DNA of 64,000 nucleotides from a plasmid. Of the stretch, positions 9,555 through 18,980 are shown one piece after another; position 1 is the first letter of the stretch; every line of letters begins with the position of its first letter. The stretch is from sequence record NZ_CP040393.1. One strand, written 5' to 3'. Position numbers and translations under genes: made by a program. Below the pieces are notes generated by a model. That model saw only the letters and a program-made list of their open reading frames with translations. It made no database searches and had not been told where the DNA came from.

Positions 9555-9735
9555 TTAAGTGTGACAAGTCCTGAGATTGTCACATTTATTCAAAGATAGT
9601 CAACCGACATGAATAAGCCTGTGATTCTGCTCTGTAACAGAGGGCAATTTGTCACAGGGTTGAGGGTGTTTTGTCACGCTTACGGCTGCCTGTTAAGGGC
9701 AGATTGTCACAGGCTAAGGGTGAATTGTCACACAC
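9555..9735. repeat. ori2-type origin: repE operator inverted repeat plus four iterons
   Basis: gtgacaagtcctgagattgtcacat is the palindromic operator. It is followed by four agggc(a/g)(a/g)(a/t)ttgtcaca iterons. Confidence 0.75.
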
Positions 9736-9832
9736 ACTACGCTGGGAGCTGCTCTGGCTCTGGGCCTACGGCCTGTCTAAAAAGGTAGATCTAAAAACCT
9801 TAGTAAAAAGATCTTATAAAAATAGTCAGTGG

Positions 9833-9842
9833 ATATGTGGAT
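9833..9842. promoter_or_regulatory. DnaA box next to the ori2 iterons
   Basis: tgtggataa is the reverse complement of TTATCCACA, in an AT-rich stretch. Confidence 0.5.
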
Positions 9843-10054
9843 AAAAATTTTCACTGCGCGGGGGGACAACATCGAAAGCAAAGGGCGGCTGCCGCGCCCG
9901 GCTCCTCCGGGCTTGCCCAACCCGGCACACCCGGACAGATAAACCCTGTCCAGCTGTACCGGGTTACCGGTTTTATCCTGTGCATGTGGTCAGATCGTGC
10001 CATCGCACGGCGTCCTGCCGTGCTTGTTAACGCACTGTGCCCGGATCACTCTGC

Positions 10055-10765
10055 TCAGCCAATACGGGCAAGGGGTAGTTCCTGCCAGCGTGTCGTGTAA
10101 GCCGGACTCAGCATCTCCCGTTTCATTTTCCATTGCGGGGCAATGCCCCGGCCGGCAAACCAGACCTGACCAAGCCCGGAATGATTGATCCCGTCAACAA
10201 CACTCATCAGTTCCTGACTGTGCGGGCGGGGAGGCTGCTCATCAAACAGGTTCAGCTGGGCAATGCCGGAACCACTGAAATCATTAAGCATGACCCCCGC
10301 CTTTGCATACCGGTGATCGTCGCGCCAGATACGCTCCAGCGCGCGGACAGCGGCCGCAATAATGTCCCGAGTATCCTGCGTGGCCGTCAGCAGTTTTTCA
10401 CTTGCCACGTTGCCGTAGTAGGGTTCAGTGGCAGAGAAGGGGGAGGTCTTGATGAAGACAGAAATATGCCGGCAGTACTGGCGTTCCCCCCGCAGTTTTT
10501 CGGCGGCGCGCTCTGCGTACTGGCAGACAGCCTGACGCATGGAATCATACGTCGTGATCCGTTCGCCAAACGACCGGGAACAGACAATCTGCTGCTTCGG
10601 CGGCGGGGCGTCCTCGAGCGAAATACAGCTCTCCCCGTTCAGGTCCAGCTCTGTCTCCACATAGTCCTGGGCGGGAGACGGAAAACCACAGGGCACCCTC
10701 TCCAGAAATAACGGCAGTCCAAAAGGCTGCCCGTCCGTTTTCGGGGTCAGCATTACCAGTTCCAT
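10055..10765 (-). pseudogene. umuD'-'umuC in-frame deletion fusion (N-terminal ~45 aa of UmuD joined to the C-terminal ~190 aa of UmuC)
   Basis: The N-terminus carries the UmuD motif VPCGFPSPAQDYVE..LDLN. The rest matches the UmuC C-terminal half (RSFGERIT...LNLFDEQPPRP...YTTRWQELP). Confidence 0.7.
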
Positions 10766-10789
10766 AACGCCACTCCTTATTTATAAATA

Positions 10790-10809
10790 TACTGTATGTA
10801 TAAACAGTA
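10790..10809. promoter_or_regulatory. LexA (SOS) box of the umuDC promoter
   Basis: tactgtatgtataaacagta fits CTGT-N8-ACAG. It lies 25 bp upstream of the fusion ORF start. Confidence 0.65.
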
Positions 10810-10879
10810 TATTTATCGATTTACTGAATGCGCAAGCGCATTCGGCATGCCGATGAGGAAGAGGTTGTTTAACAACCAG

Positions 10880-10992
10880 AAAAATAGCCAGATGAAGAAT
10901 GCAGAATAATTAAATACTCAATTTGAGTATTTTGTATTGCTCTTTTTATTTGGTTAGGTATTATTATTCTCAATTTGAGAAACGAGAAAGTT
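10880..10992. promoter_or_regulatory. parC-like centromere/operator repeats upstream of parM
   Basis: Repeated palindromic units actcaatttgagtatt / ttctcaatttgagaaa. Confidence 0.4.
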
Positions 10993-10997
10993 GCAAT

Positions 10998-11972
10998 ATG
11001 ATTAATATCTGCTGCGATGATGGTTCAACGAACGTCAAGCTGGCCTGGTTTGACGGTAATGTGCCGGAGACCCGCCTCTCGGCGAACTCCTTCCGGCATG
11101 GCTGGAAAGTGGCGGATTTCGGGGCCGGGGCATTCAATTATCAGATCGGTACCCTGAAATACACCTGGGACAGTGTCAGCCGTGATGCAGTGCCGACCAC
11201 AAACGTCGAATACCAGTACGGCGATCTGAACCTGCTGGCCGTACATCATGCCCTGCTGAACAGTGGGCTGGTACCCCGGGAGGTCACGCTCACGGTAACG
11301 CTGCCCCTGAGCGAATACTACGATCAGGACTGCCAGAAAAACGAAGTGAATATCCGCCGCAAACGCGAGAACCTGCTGCGGGAGATCGTGGTAAACAAGC
11401 GTGAACGCTTTGTCATCACCGATGTGACTGTTATGCCGGAATCCCTGCCGGCAGCTTTCACCCGCCTTGCGGAACTGAAGCCGGCACCCTCGGAAACCAC
11501 CCTCATCATCGATATTGGCGGTACCACGCTTGATGCCGGTGTGATTGCCGGTCAGTTTGACGATATCAGCGCGGTGCACGGCAACCCGTCTGTCGGGGTA
11601 TCGATGGTGACGCGGGCGGCTCAGGCTGCACTGCGGGCTGCCGACAGTGAAACCAGCCCGCTGATTGCCGATACTGTTATCCGTAACCGGAAAGATCGTG
11701 CATTTCTGAACCGCATCATTAATGATGGGAACAGAATTGATTATGTGACTGACAAAATTGAAGAAGCTATCGACACCCTGGGCTCTCAGGTCGTCAGCGA
11801 GCTGGCCAGACACCGGAACGTGAACCGGATTTTCCTGGTCGGTGGCGGCGCTGCCCTGATTGAGGCGTCCGTTCGTAAAGCCTGGCCCCTGTCAGCGGAA
11901 CGAATTGAGGTCATCAGCGATCCGCAGATGGCCCTGGCCAGGGAGATAGCCCGTTATCATCATGAGGGCTGA
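10998..11972 (+). CDS. parM: Actin-like plasmid segregation ATPase ParM/StbA
   Basis: N-terminus MINICCDDGSTNVKLAW is ParM-like. The ~324-aa size fits. It is followed by a small partner gene. Confidence 0.8.
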   Translation: MINICCDDGSTNVKLAWFDGNVPETRLSANSFRHGWKVADFGAGAFNYQIGTLKYTWDSVSRDAVPTTNVEYQYGDLNLLAVHHALLNSGLVPREVTLTVTLPLSEYYDQDCQKNEVNIRRKRENLLREIVVNKRERFVITDVTVMPESLPAAFTRLAELKPAPSETTLIIDIGGTTLDAGVIAGQFDDISAVHGNPSVGVSMVTRAAQAALRAADSETSPLIADTVIRNRKDRAFLNRIINDGNRIDYVTDKIEEAIDTLGSQVVSELARHRNVNRIFLVGGGAALIEASVRKAWPLSAERIEVISDPQMALAREIARYHHEG

Positions 11973-11974
11973 CC

Positions 11975-12652
11975 GTGCCTGCAGGCAAATACTCCTTTTA
12001 TCTTCACACTGACGACCGTACCGACATGCTGGCAGCCGGTACGCTGGAAACCGTCTCCCAGCCGCTGCGGGGAGAATTCATCCGCACGGCTGCCATTGCC
12101 GGCAGCGTGCTTTACCGGGCAGATAACCGGCTTCCGGGTCTGGTGACGGAGTTGTTTGACGGGCAGCTGCGGTATGGCCAGCTGGTCAGTCTGTTCGCTG
12201 CGCTGACCGGGCAGTATGACCGCGCGCTGTTTCCGCCGGCGGAATCGCTGCCTGGCGTCACGGGCGAGGCTTCCGGCCTGCCGGATAAAACGGATCGCCG
12301 GCGCTTCACGCTGTTATTACCCGACAGCACGGAGTCCCGGCAGGTGGCTGCGCTTCTGGAGGGCACCCCTTCCCGGCAGCGCGGCATGCTGCTGCGCAAC
12401 CTGATTATTGCCGGATTCGCGCTGCACACCCTTGACCCGCGCCTCCCGCGTCTGCTGGCCAGTATGCCGGTACCTCCCGGCAGCATTGAGGCGCTGCGCC
12501 TTCTGACCGCACAGGTTGCCGGCGTCACGGTTTCCGGTACCGCTGAAGGAGCGGCCGGGGACAGCGCCGGAAAAGAGGACAGACCGCCGGAGCAGGAAGC
12601 TCCGCCTGCTGAGCAGTCTGTGCTCCGTCAGAATATGAAAAAACTTTTTTAA
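11975..12652 (+). CDS. StbB/ParR-like partition adaptor (225 aa, GTG start), tentative
   Basis: It is translationally coupled to parM. The C-terminal part is Pro/Ala/Glu-rich. Assignment is by position only. Confidence 0.4.
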   Translation: MPAGKYSFYLHTDDRTDMLAAGTLETVSQPLRGEFIRTAAIAGSVLYRADNRLPGLVTELFDGQLRYGQLVSLFAALTGQYDRALFPPAESLPGVTGEASGLPDKTDRRRFTLLLPDSTESRQVAALLEGTPSRQRGMLLRNLIIAGFALHTLDPRLPRLLASMPVPPGSIEALRLLTAQVAGVTVSGTAEGAAGDSAGKEDRPPEQEAPPAEQSVLRQNMKKLF

Positions 12653-12667
12653 AACGGATGGCCACCT

Positions 12668-12928
12668 ATGGGACGTATCAAACAGAGTGCTGAAAAACTG
12701 GCTACCGGCCTTTTACGCCGCGCCGGCGTTCCGGAGGCGCAACTGCACAACCGGATGCGCAGGGCAGGGCAGGTGCTGTTTCTTCTCAGCATCCCGTTCA
12801 TTATTCCGCTGATTATTCTGGATCATGCCAGTCTGGGGGTGACCGTCCTGCTCCAGACTGTCTACGGTGTTCTCGTCTGTCTCGGGGTGCTGCTCGCCTT
12901 CGATGAGCAGGAAAAAATCCGCCGTTAA
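12668..12928 (+). CDS. Small membrane protein (86 aa)
   Basis: Two hydrophobic helices (LFLLSIPFIIPLIIL, LLQTVYGVLVCLGVLLAF). A terminator follows. Confidence 0.4.
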   Translation: MGRIKQSAEKLATGLLRRAGVPEAQLHNRMRRAGQVLFLLSIPFIIPLIILDHASLGVTVLLQTVYGVLVCLGVLLAFDEQEKIRR

Positions 12929-12953
12929 CTGCTGTATTACTCAGTTTCTCTCA

Positions 12954-12977
12954 ACCCGCCACCGGCGGGTTTTTTTA
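12954..12977 (+). terminator. Rho-independent terminator
   Basis: acccgccaccggcgggt stem followed by a T7 run. Confidence 0.65.
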
Positions 12978-13169
12978 TGCGCTCACAGTGGCTTGCGGCA
13001 ACGCCGCTTCGCTGTGCCGGTTTCACCGGCACGCATATGCGCTTTCTTACCTGATTGAAAACAGCTGCAACCGCAGTGCCAGTCACTGAAAATGTGTGTC
13101 GCAGCGTTTTCCTTAAACGTCTGTTGCGGTACGCTTAAAACAGATACCGCCATTCAAAGGGAGAGGGGC

Positions 13170-15836
13170 ATGGCATCGGCGAGACAGGATTTTGAACGCT
13201 TTGTTTTGTGGTTATACCATCCTGACAGGCAAGTTTCCGGCGATGTACGCCGCCTGGCTACTTTGGCTCTTGCTAACTTTAATGAATTGGCGGGAACCTC
13301 ACGACAACGAAGCCAGCGTTCTACTTATCTGGTCAACATAATGCGGCGAGAGCTTGGCGATACTGTCGAGGCACCTCCCGCAAATATCGCTGAGGCAAAC
13401 GCCGGTGTGTGGCCGTGGGCAAGGTTGCGGAACCTGACACTTGGTCCATTTAGGGGGTTCCGAACACCTGAGTCTTTCGATCTTACAAAGCAACTCGTTC
13501 TTGTATACGGTCCCAATGGCAGCGGGAAAACCAGCCTTTGCGAAGGGTTAGAATATGCCCTTCTCGGGGATGTAGAAGAAGCCGGAAGCAAACGTATTGC
13601 TGCAAGGACTTATCTGGCAAATGTCCATGATGGAAGATTCGATCCTCCAGTTCTGAAGGCAATAGATCAACTGGGACGAGAGATAGACATTGTTGCCAAC
13701 CCCGAAACCTATCGCTTCTGCTTCATTGAAAAAAACCGAATCGACGCTTTCTCAAGAATCGCTGCCCGACCTAATGCCCAGCGAGCTGAACTGATTGCCA
13801 CGCTATTTGGTATGGATCAGTTCAATGAGTTCGTAAGGAACTTCAACGAAAACATCGACGGACAGCTTACCCTGGCCAGCGAGCAGCAAAATGCTTTGGT
13901 TGCTCGTCGTAATGCGTTGCAGGCAGACCAAACTGCCATTGATGGCGCTGCTGCCTCCGGGCAGGTATTGGACGAAGAGGAACATTCTCTGGCGAAGGAG
14001 TACGCAGCTGAACTTACATATGAAGCACTCAAAAACTTAATTGGTACCCCGGAGGTACCTGGGCGCCTCAAAGAACTAGATGACATTTTGGAGGCAATTC
14101 CACCGACTGTTCTTGGCATCACGCGGCAAGGCCTCATGGATGCGTTTGCTGAGGCGCATCGCTGCTCCCGGGAGCTTGAGGCGGTCATTAATGATCTTCG
14201 CGCCAAAAGTGACCAGGTTTCCTTCAGGGCACTTTACAACTCGGTTCTCGCCTTACAGCAGAACGTCGGAGATCGTTGCCCCGCTTGCGACACACCACTT
14301 CTTGGCGATGCTCGTGTCGCTGCAGATCCGTTTAAGAAAGCGACAGAAGGGTTGCGTCAACTTGAAGAGCTGGGTGCCCTTCAAGATAAACAGCAGACCA
14401 TCGAGGTACAACTGGGGCAGGCATCGCGTTCGTTGCGGCAGATGTTCACTTCCCTCTGCACGTTCGTAACAGCCCACCAGGAAGAAGAAACAGAAATTGG
14501 TCGTTGGATTTTGCAACTTCCTGCCGAGCCTGCCGGACGTTGGTGGACTGGTATCTACCCCCCGGTGCCTGCAGTTCAGCACGGATTTCCGTCACTTGAT
14601 GATATTCTCGGTTTTGTAGACCGCATGGCAACCCAGGACGAGGCGTCACTCAGGGCTAATAGAGAAAGACAACCGCACATCGAAGAGCGGCGCAGACTTA
14701 ACGAGTTCCAACGAAGGGTTCAGGCGCAAGATATCAAGCGGCAGCGACTGCAATCGGATATCGAAGCAGCGCGTAACCGCATTAATTCCTTCAACGAAAG
14801 GAATGCTGGGTTAATCGCGCATGCCGAGCAGGAGAGAAAAGATATCGCCCGCGATAGGCCGTACAAGGTTGCCTATGATCGTTTTCTTGAAGCTTTGAAG
14901 GCTTATAGAGATCTCCTTCCCGGCCAGTTAATGGCTGGCCTAAACGACTCCGCCAAAGATCTCTATAACGCTTTTAATCGCAATGATCGCGAAGAAGATA
15001 AGTTATCAGCGCTGCATTTGCCTTTAACTGGTGATGACAAGATCGAAATCAGCTTTCAGGGTAAGCCGGGAGTTCGCTTCGATGCGCTGCATGTTCTAAG
15101 TGAGGGGCATATTCGCTGTCTCGGACTTGCAATCCTGATGGCCAAAGCGAAGAGCATCGGCTGTCCAGTTATCGTCTTCGATGATGCCATCAATGCGATC
15201 GACCATGACCATAGAGGCGGGATCAGAGAGGCAATCTTTGAAAGTGACCACTTCGCTCAGACACAATTAATCGTTACCTGTCATAGCAACGAATTCATAA
15301 AAGATATCCAACAATCCTTGCCCGCTCATCGCAGAAGTGAGTGTCAGGTCTATCTGCTCAGGCATCACGATGGCAACTATCAACCGAGAGTAACCGGTAA
15401 CATACCGTGTGCTAACTACATCGCCAAGGCCAGAGCAGCAAGAGATGTACTGAACGACCGGGAAGCATTGGCTGCATCACGCCAGGCACTGGAGATGCTG
15501 TGCGAGAAAACCTGGCGCTGGCTTGTAAGACATCAGCAGGGCGTGCTGACGTTAATGCTCGCAGACGTTGGTGCTGAGCCTGCATTGAGAAATCTATGTG
15601 AAGCGTTGGCCAAAAAATTGCGGGATGCCCAGACTTTCAACCACGCAAACAAAGCCCCACTTCTTACAGCGTATAACCGTATTTTGGGCATACCTGCCAA
15701 CAATCTTATCTGGACCTACCTCAACAAAGGGACACATGAGGAAGCTGACCGTGATGACTTTGACGGGGAGCTTGTGGAGTCCGTAGTCCAGACTCTTGAA
15801 GAGTTAGACCGACTTGAACTGCGAAGCAGGCGCTAG
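13170..15836 (+). CDS. SbcC/Rad50/SMC-like ABC ATPase with a central CxxC zinc hook (888 aa from an ATG with a strong RBS)
   Basis: N-terminal Walker A (LVLVYGPNGSGKTSLCEGLEYALLG). About 500 aa of coiled-coil with CPAC at mid-length. C-terminal signature LSEGH, Walker B/D-loop VIVFDDAINAIDHDH, and H-loop TCHS. Confidence 0.7.
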   Translation: MASARQDFERFVLWLYHPDRQVSGDVRRLATLALANFNELAGTSRQRSQRSTYLVNIMRRELGDTVEAPPANIAEANAGVWPWARLRNLTLGPFRGFRTPESFDLTKQLVLVYGPNGSGKTSLCEGLEYALLGDVEEAGSKRIAARTYLANVHDGRFDPPVLKAIDQLGREIDIVANPETYRFCFIEKNRIDAFSRIAARPNAQRAELIATLFGMDQFNEFVRNFNENIDGQLTLASEQQNALVARRNALQADQTAIDGAAASGQVLDEEEHSLAKEYAAELTYEALKNLIGTPEVPGRLKELDDILEAIPPTVLGITRQGLMDAFAEAHRCSRELEAVINDLRAKSDQVSFRALYNSVLALQQNVGDRCPACDTPLLGDARVAADPFKKATEGLRQLEELGALQDKQQTIEVQLGQASRSLRQMFTSLCTFVTAHQEEETEIGRWILQLPAEPAGRWWTGIYPPVPAVQHGFPSLDDILGFVDRMATQDEASLRANRERQPHIEERRRLNEFQRRVQAQDIKRQRLQSDIEAARNRINSFNERNAGLIAHAEQERKDIARDRPYKVAYDRFLEALKAYRDLLPGQLMAGLNDSAKDLYNAFNRNDREEDKLSALHLPLTGDDKIEISFQGKPGVRFDALHVLSEGHIRCLGLAILMAKAKSIGCPVIVFDDAINAIDHDHRGGIREAIFESDHFAQTQLIVTCHSNEFIKDIQQSLPAHRRSECQVYLLRHHDGNYQPRVTGNIPCANYIAKARAARDVLNDREALAASRQALEMLCEKTWRWLVRHQQGVLTLMLADVGAEPALRNLCEALAKKLRDAQTFNHANKAPLLTAYNRILGIPANNLIWTYLNKGTHEEADRDDFDGELVESVVQTLEELDRLELRSRR

Positions 15837-16165
15837 CAATTGTTGATGTTCGCTTAGACCCAACCGGGCGTAGTGACCTGCGCCTGGTTGTTTGACACAC
15901 TTTTAGCATTAAGCAGACTTTCAAGTCATTAAGACATTACGACTTTCGATAGCATGAAGCTCGCCGTGCCTTCACTCTAGCCCGACCGCTGTGTCCGGAA
16001 AGGTTCACCCTGTCGTCATGCTCACCCGTTCCCCGTCGACGCGGCGCATTCAGCCCGCTCCCGACGGCGCGTGCGGCTTCACTGACGCCCTTCCGTCCTT
16101 CGCTTTTCTCCGGGCTGTTGTGCCGGCACGGCGCAAACGGTGCCGCATCAACCGGAGACACAGAT

Positions 16166-16630
16166 ATGCAGAAACTGACACGTATCACACTCAGCAGCGG
16201 TGAAATGGCCATTTACCTGGATGGCTGGTACCTGACCAGCACGGAGCCGGGCGACCGGGCTGACGGCCTGGATGACATGGTCACCGGTCTGCTCCGTATG
16301 CCGGGTATGACGCTGCAGGATATTGATGCGCCGTGTCCGGTACAGGAGGACTGGTGCTGGAATGATGTGGCGGACGACGTGTTTGCTCCGCGCCAGCCTG
16401 ACACGGAGGCGTGCACCGTGGCCGCCCTGACTGACCGGCTGTCCCGTTACCCGGCAGATACACTCTGCTGCGGCACGTTCTGGCTGCGGGAGGATTTCCT
16501 CGCGCTCGATGCCAGCCTGACTGATGAGCAGATTGCGCTGGCCATGAACGTGGCACAGAAAAATCATGACGCGAATACCGGATACAACCGGGAATACCTG
16601 CGGGGCGCGATTGAATACGTTAAGGGCTGA
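16166..16630 (+). CDS. Hypothetical leading-region protein (154 aa)
   Basis: ggaga RBS with 7-nt spacing. The protein is acidic. No motif recognised. Confidence 0.5.
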   Translation: MQKLTRITLSSGEMAIYLDGWYLTSTEPGDRADGLDDMVTGLLRMPGMTLQDIDAPCPVQEDWCWNDVADDVFAPRQPDTEACTVAALTDRLSRYPADTLCCGTFWLREDFLALDASLTDEQIALAMNVAQKNHDANTGYNREYLRGAIEYVKG

Positions 16631-17115
16631 GGAACGGCAGGCAGTGCGCTGAAGAGGAGAGGAATACGAAAAAAGGGGCAGGGGACATCATCTCCTGCCG
16701 GCTACATAAACTCAGTGGCACCTGAACCTTGTGCTCTTTATGCCACCTGTTCTGGCAGACAAACCTTAGCTGAACATTAATTAACCATAAAAATAGCGTG
16801 GTAACCGGGTTTATCCTGCACATCTCCTGCTGAAAGGATAAGGCTGTCGCTGCGCTCCGCTTCTCTGCCGCTGTCCCTCCTGGCGTCCGTCCACCGGCGG
16901 GCCGGAAGTGCCGTGCCCTTACTGTAGCCGGGCGGCTTCTCAAACAAGTGAAGCTGTCGCCGGCCTGCTCACCCGTTCCCCGCCGTGCGCGGGACATTCA
17001 GTCCGCTCCGGCGGCGCGTGCGGCTTCGCGTCCGCACTTGTTTGCTCAGCTGTTCGCCCGTCTGTGTGGCGGTCACGGCACCACAGGGGTGCCCCTTCAT
17101 ACACAGGAGCAGAAC

Positions 17116-17769
17116 ATGTCCCGTTTCATGCAGGGTGACAGCGTGCAGCTGATGGCCACCTTTCCGGAAAACAGCATCGATTTCATTCTCACGGATCCGC
17201 CGTATCTCGTCGGCTTTAAGGACCGGTCCGGGCGCTCGATCGCCAATGACGTTAACGACGGGTGGGTGATGCCCGCCAGTCAGCAGATGTACCGCGTACT
17301 GAAAAATAACAGCCTGGCCGTGAGCTTCTATGGCTGGAACCGCGTGGACACCTTCATGCGGGCATGGAAAGCGGCGGGCTTTCGCGTCGTGGGCCATCTG
17401 GTTTTCACCAAACCCTATGCCTCGAAATCCGCCTTTGTCGGCTACCAGCATGAAAGCGCGTATGTCCTGGCGAAAGGCCGCCCGGCGCTGCCGCAGAACC
17501 CGCTGCCGGACGTGATGCCCTGGGAATACACCGGCAACCGCCATCACCCGACCGAAAAGCCGGTCAGCATTCTTCGCCCCCTGATTGAGAGCTTCACCCG
17601 CCCCGGCGACCTGGTGCTCGATCCGTTTGCCGGCAGCGGTTCGACCTGTGTGGCCGCCGACCAGTGCGGCCGGCGCTGGATTGGTATCGAGCTGCTGGCG
17701 CAGTACCACGCCGCCGCCCTGCAACGGATTGGTGAACAGCGCACGCAGCTGCGTGCGGTTGCGGCCTGA
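17116..17769 (+). CDS. Orphan N6-adenine/N4-cytosine DNA methyltransferase (beta-class, 217 aa)
   Basis: DPPY (motif IV) at the N-terminus precedes FAGSGSTCVAA (motif I). There is no adjacent restriction gene. This is a typical leading-region location. Confidence 0.8.
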   Translation: MSRFMQGDSVQLMATFPENSIDFILTDPPYLVGFKDRSGRSIANDVNDGWVMPASQQMYRVLKNNSLAVSFYGWNRVDTFMRAWKAAGFRVVGHLVFTKPYASKSAFVGYQHESAYVLAKGRPALPQNPLPDVMPWEYTGNRHHPTEKPVSILRPLIESFTRPGDLVLDPFAGSGSTCVAADQCGRRWIGIELLAQYHAAALQRIGEQRTQLRAVAA

Positions 17770-17807
17770 TGCGCCCGTCCGGCGCGTACTGAAAGACACG
17801 GCGGGCG

Positions 17808-18260
17808 GTGGACGCCGCCCGTGGAACAGAACAGAGAAGAGAGAAAATCATGCTGTACGGAACCCGTAAGGAACTGAACAAAAAACTGAAACGCGCCTTT
17901 GGCAATACGGAAAAATTTGCCCTGCTGGTCTGGACCCGCGAAACCGTCATGGGCGCGGCGCAGGACATGACGGACCAGGAGGCGGACCACCTTCTGGCGG
18001 AGATTGGCCGCACCGGCAGCGGCGACCATGCCGAAGAGGGGATTTCCTTCGGCACGGTGCTGGAACTGCTGGCCGGTCTGCGGGCGGCGCCGGCGATGGT
18101 CAGCGTGCCGGCTGAACTGCTGGAACGGGTGAGCGACTGGGCTGAGCGCTGTCTGAATGAGCAGGATGCGATCGCCTGGAATGCCGGCGGGGACACCCCG
18201 GAGACGGTGGCGCGGGGACTTGCCGCCCTGAATGCCCTTAAACCGTTCACGAAAGCCTGA
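17808..18260 (+). CDS. Hypothetical leading-region protein (150 aa), paralog of 19464..19874
   Basis: Shares the N-terminal pattern (K/T)ELNKKL..(F/L)AL(L/I)VW(T/S)(R/K)E(T/D)V with the 19464 ORF. Confidence 0.5.
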   Translation: MDAARGTEQRREKIMLYGTRKELNKKLKRAFGNTEKFALLVWTRETVMGAAQDMTDQEADHLLAEIGRTGSGDHAEEGISFGTVLELLAGLRAAPAMVSVPAELLERVSDWAERCLNEQDAIAWNAGGDTPETVARGLAALNALKPFTKA

Positions 18261-18277
18261 GCGCGGGGAGAGACACC

Positions 18278-18514
18278 ATGAACGGACAGACCCCTGAGAC
18301 GGTTGTCACCGGTGAACTGGCGGCGGAGGTGGCCGCCCTCGATGATGCGCTGACGGCGGTGTACCTGCGCATTCACACGATGCGCCGGCGCTGGCCGCGC
18401 GACAGTGACCGCGCTGAAACCCGGCTTGCCATGCTGGCCGTGGAGGACATTCACGACGGGCTGCATGATGCCTCCCGGCGTGTCGCCCGGCTGCGGCGAT
18501 GCCTGAGCCGGTGA
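18278..18514 (+). CDS. Small hypothetical protein (78 aa)
   Basis: The ORF has an RBS-like gagaga upstream. Background GC is high, so coding is uncertain. Confidence 0.3.
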   Translation: MNGQTPETVVTGELAAEVAALDDALTAVYLRIHTMRRRWPRDSDRAETRLAMLAVEDIHDGLHDASRRVARLRRCLSR

Positions 18515-18980
18515 TGACCGGTACGCGGGGTGGTTGTTTTCTGACCACTCCCGTTTTTTTCACTGCCACCAGGGCCGCCCGGTGTTTATCCACAGGGTTA
18601 TGCCCGCACTGTGCAGTTGCGCTGTGGAAAAGGAAGTTGCTGCGCGCCGCTGTCTTTCCGCCTGCGGCGGGGAAGGGCAGAAAACCCCGTCCGTGCGGTC
18701 TGCGGCCGGTGCCGTGCCTCCATGTTAGCCCGGCCGCCGTCGCGGCAAGGGGTGAAGGGTGAACCCCGCGCGCTCCCCCGGTCCCTCCTTCCCGCCCGCC
18801 GGGATTTTCCCGTCGTTCGTGCTCTCAGGCTTCGCGCCCTCACCGTGCAACTCCCGTCTGTCGTGTGCGTCGGGCTGCGGCCTCGCCCGCGCCCCTTGCC
18901 TCAACGGCTCTGATGCCGGGCTGTGATGGAGGCACGGCACAGGCCGTATCTGTTTCCGACCTTCACTGAGGAGAATATCA

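Noticed and set aside
9837-10188. Small + strand ORFs between ori2 and the umu remnant
   Set aside because: They overlap the origin's DnaA-box and AT-rich region and the antisense strand of the umuC fragment. There is no RBS.
16948-17115. N-terminal extension of the methylase ORF back to 16948
   Set aside because: The extension is Arg/Ala/Pro-rich with no RBS. The ATG at 17116 has an AGGAG at ideal spacing.
16969-18466. Long minus-strand ORFs (276 and 290 aa) overlapping the methylase and the 17808 gene
   Set aside because: They are antisense to genes with clear motifs and an RBS. Their translations are R/A/G-rich and of low complexity.
18500-18980. Cluster of overlapping ORFs of 60-100 aa on both strands in a very GC-rich intergenic stretch upstream of klcA
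   Set aside because: The products are Arg/Ala/Pro-rich and of low complexity, with no RBS or partner conservation. This is the typical spurious ORF yield of high-GC non-coding DNA. The stretch may itself be a structured or ssi-like region, but the ORFs are not credible.
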